Shown: positions 62,602 to 64,000 of the stretch, piece by piece
Layout: every line of letters begins with the position of its first letter
Position numbering within the stretch: the first letter of the stretch is position 1
Assembly: GCA_051294905.1 (NCBI GenBank)
Contig: CM119371.1
Location: forward strand, 28,088,001 to 28,152,000
Origin: Botryllus schlosseri
Lineage: Eukaryota
Direction: 5' to 3'
Length of the DNA stretch: 64,000 nucleotides
Translations under genes and position numbers: made by a program
Notes under the pieces: generated by a model
Seen by the model: only the letters and a program-made list of their open reading frames with translations
Databases searched by the model: none
What the model was told of the DNA's origin: nothing

Positions 62602-63732
62602 ATGGCCCATCTCCAACGCCGTAACGGCTGCAATGATATTATATGCGAGGTATGCGGAAAAAGCTTCACCACCAAATATTATCTACCACGACACATGAAA
62701 ATCCACGCCGCATCGAAGGATTTTGATTGCGACATATGCGGTAGAAGCTTTTCGCAAAGGAGTTCCCTGACAAGGCATCTATCGATCCATGCAGCAAAGA
62801 AAGATCATAAGTGCGACATATGCGGGGGATCATTCCACACCAATTGCAACTTGAGAGAACACGTAAAAATTCACACCGAGGTAAAAGAGTTTGAGTGCGG
62901 AATATGCGGGAGAGATTTCTTAAGGAAGGCTGACTTGAAAACACATTATTTGAGCCATACTGCAGCGAAAGATTACGAGTGCCGAATATGCGCAAAAGGA
63001 TTCAAAACAGGATCTCAGCTGAAAAGTCATTATTTGATTCACGTCGGAGGAAAAAAACATAAGTGCGAATTCTGCGGGAAAGCGTTCCGTACGAAGTTCA
63101 ACCTTAAGGGACACATCCAGATGATACACTCGATTACCAGAGAATATGCGTGCGACATATGCGAGAAAGCTTTTGTGCAAGAGTCTCACCTCAAGCGTCA
63201 CTATTCCGTCCCCATTGAAATAAAATACCATTGTCAGGTATGTGAGAAACCATTCAGGGAAGAATTGGGTATCCGAAGGCATATAAAAATTCACGTCGGA
63301 TTGAAAGAGTTTGAGTGCGATGTATGCGCGAAATCATTCTTCAAAGAATCTCACATGAGAGCACATATGAAACACCACGCCGCATTGAAAGATTTTGACT
63401 GTGAGATTTGTGGTGAAGCATTCCGTACGAGGTCGTACATCAAGATACACATGGAGTCGGCTCACTTGCATACAAAAAGATATGAGTGCGATATATGTGG
63501 GAAAGCCTTTGGACTATTGGCCAACCTAAGAGGTCACTGTACCGTCCACGCGGAATGGAAGTACCAGTGTGAAGTATGTGGGAAAATACTCAATCACATA
63601 TCCAGCTTGAGAAGACACAACAAGATTCACTTGGGAGTAAAAAAGCATCAGTGCGAGATATGCGGAGGAACATTCAGAGAAAAAAGTACTCTCTTTCGTC
63701 ACTTACGAATCCACCGAAGAGACAGGAAGTAA
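62602..63732 (+). CDS. Tandem C2H2 zinc-finger protein ZF3 (13 fingers, 376 aa), older paralog
   Basis: Collinear finger array with shared linkers (IHLGVK, ESAHL, DRK-stop) and the same 3' sequence gacaggaagtaaggatgcga. Finger 7 lacks its last His. Confidence 0.92.
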   Translation: MAHLQRRNGCNDIICEVCGKSFTTKYYLPRHMKIHAASKDFDCDICGRSFSQRSSLTRHLSIHAAKKDHKCDICGGSFHTNCNLREHVKIHTEVKEFECGICGRDFLRKADLKTHYLSHTAAKDYECRICAKGFKTGSQLKSHYLIHVGGKKHKCEFCGKAFRTKFNLKGHIQMIHSITREYACDICEKAFVQESHLKRHYSVPIEIKYHCQVCEKPFREELGIRRHIKIHVGLKEFECDVCAKSFFKESHMRAHMKHHAALKDFDCEICGEAFRTRSYIKIHMESAHLHTKRYECDICGKAFGLLANLRGHCTVHAEWKYQCEVCGKILNHISSLRRHNKIHLGVKKHQCEICGGTFREKSTLFRHLRIHRRDRK

Positions 63733-64000
63733 GGATGCGACGATCCGTGGAACAATTTCAGGAACCGATGAATGAAGTGGAAATCATCATTGCTACTAAA
63801 ACATTCGTCCATTACACCCGTGGGAACGTTTTGTAAAATTTAAACGATACCATATGATATTTTGGTAACAATTAATTAGTCTGTTGCGGTACTGGCGTCG
63901 GTCGCATCATCGATTACATAAAGACAAAAAATCATGAATATAACGCAGCGAAATGCCATTTGAAACTAGTCTAGAACACCTGGGTAATAGAATTGGCCTC

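Overview
AT-rich, transposon-saturated animal genomic DNA. It is not prokaryotic; the repeat spectrum is compatible with a marine invertebrate such as a tunicate, but the taxon cannot be fixed from the sequence. The only intact protein-coding genes are three single-exon tandem C2H2 zinc-finger paralogs on + (28848-30068 and 41741-43027 with 14 fingers each; 62602-63732 with 13), none with a recognisable effector domain. ZF1 and ZF2 sit in a segmental duplication and differ preferentially at DNA-contacting helix residues. The rest is deeply nested mobile DNA, most elements supported by TIRs and TSDs read directly: many hAT MITEs, a PIF/Harbinger and a Kolobok with decayed intron-containing transposases (the Kolobok also carries a P2X7-C-terminal-like KolX gene), a piggyBac-type MITE, P-like MITEs, a CR1/L2-like LINE, tRNA-derived SINEs, and a 3.5-kb Foldback/Mutator-like element built from a 16-bp satellite with an internal templated duplication-inversion. 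Family assignments come from motif recognition by eye, not from database searches.
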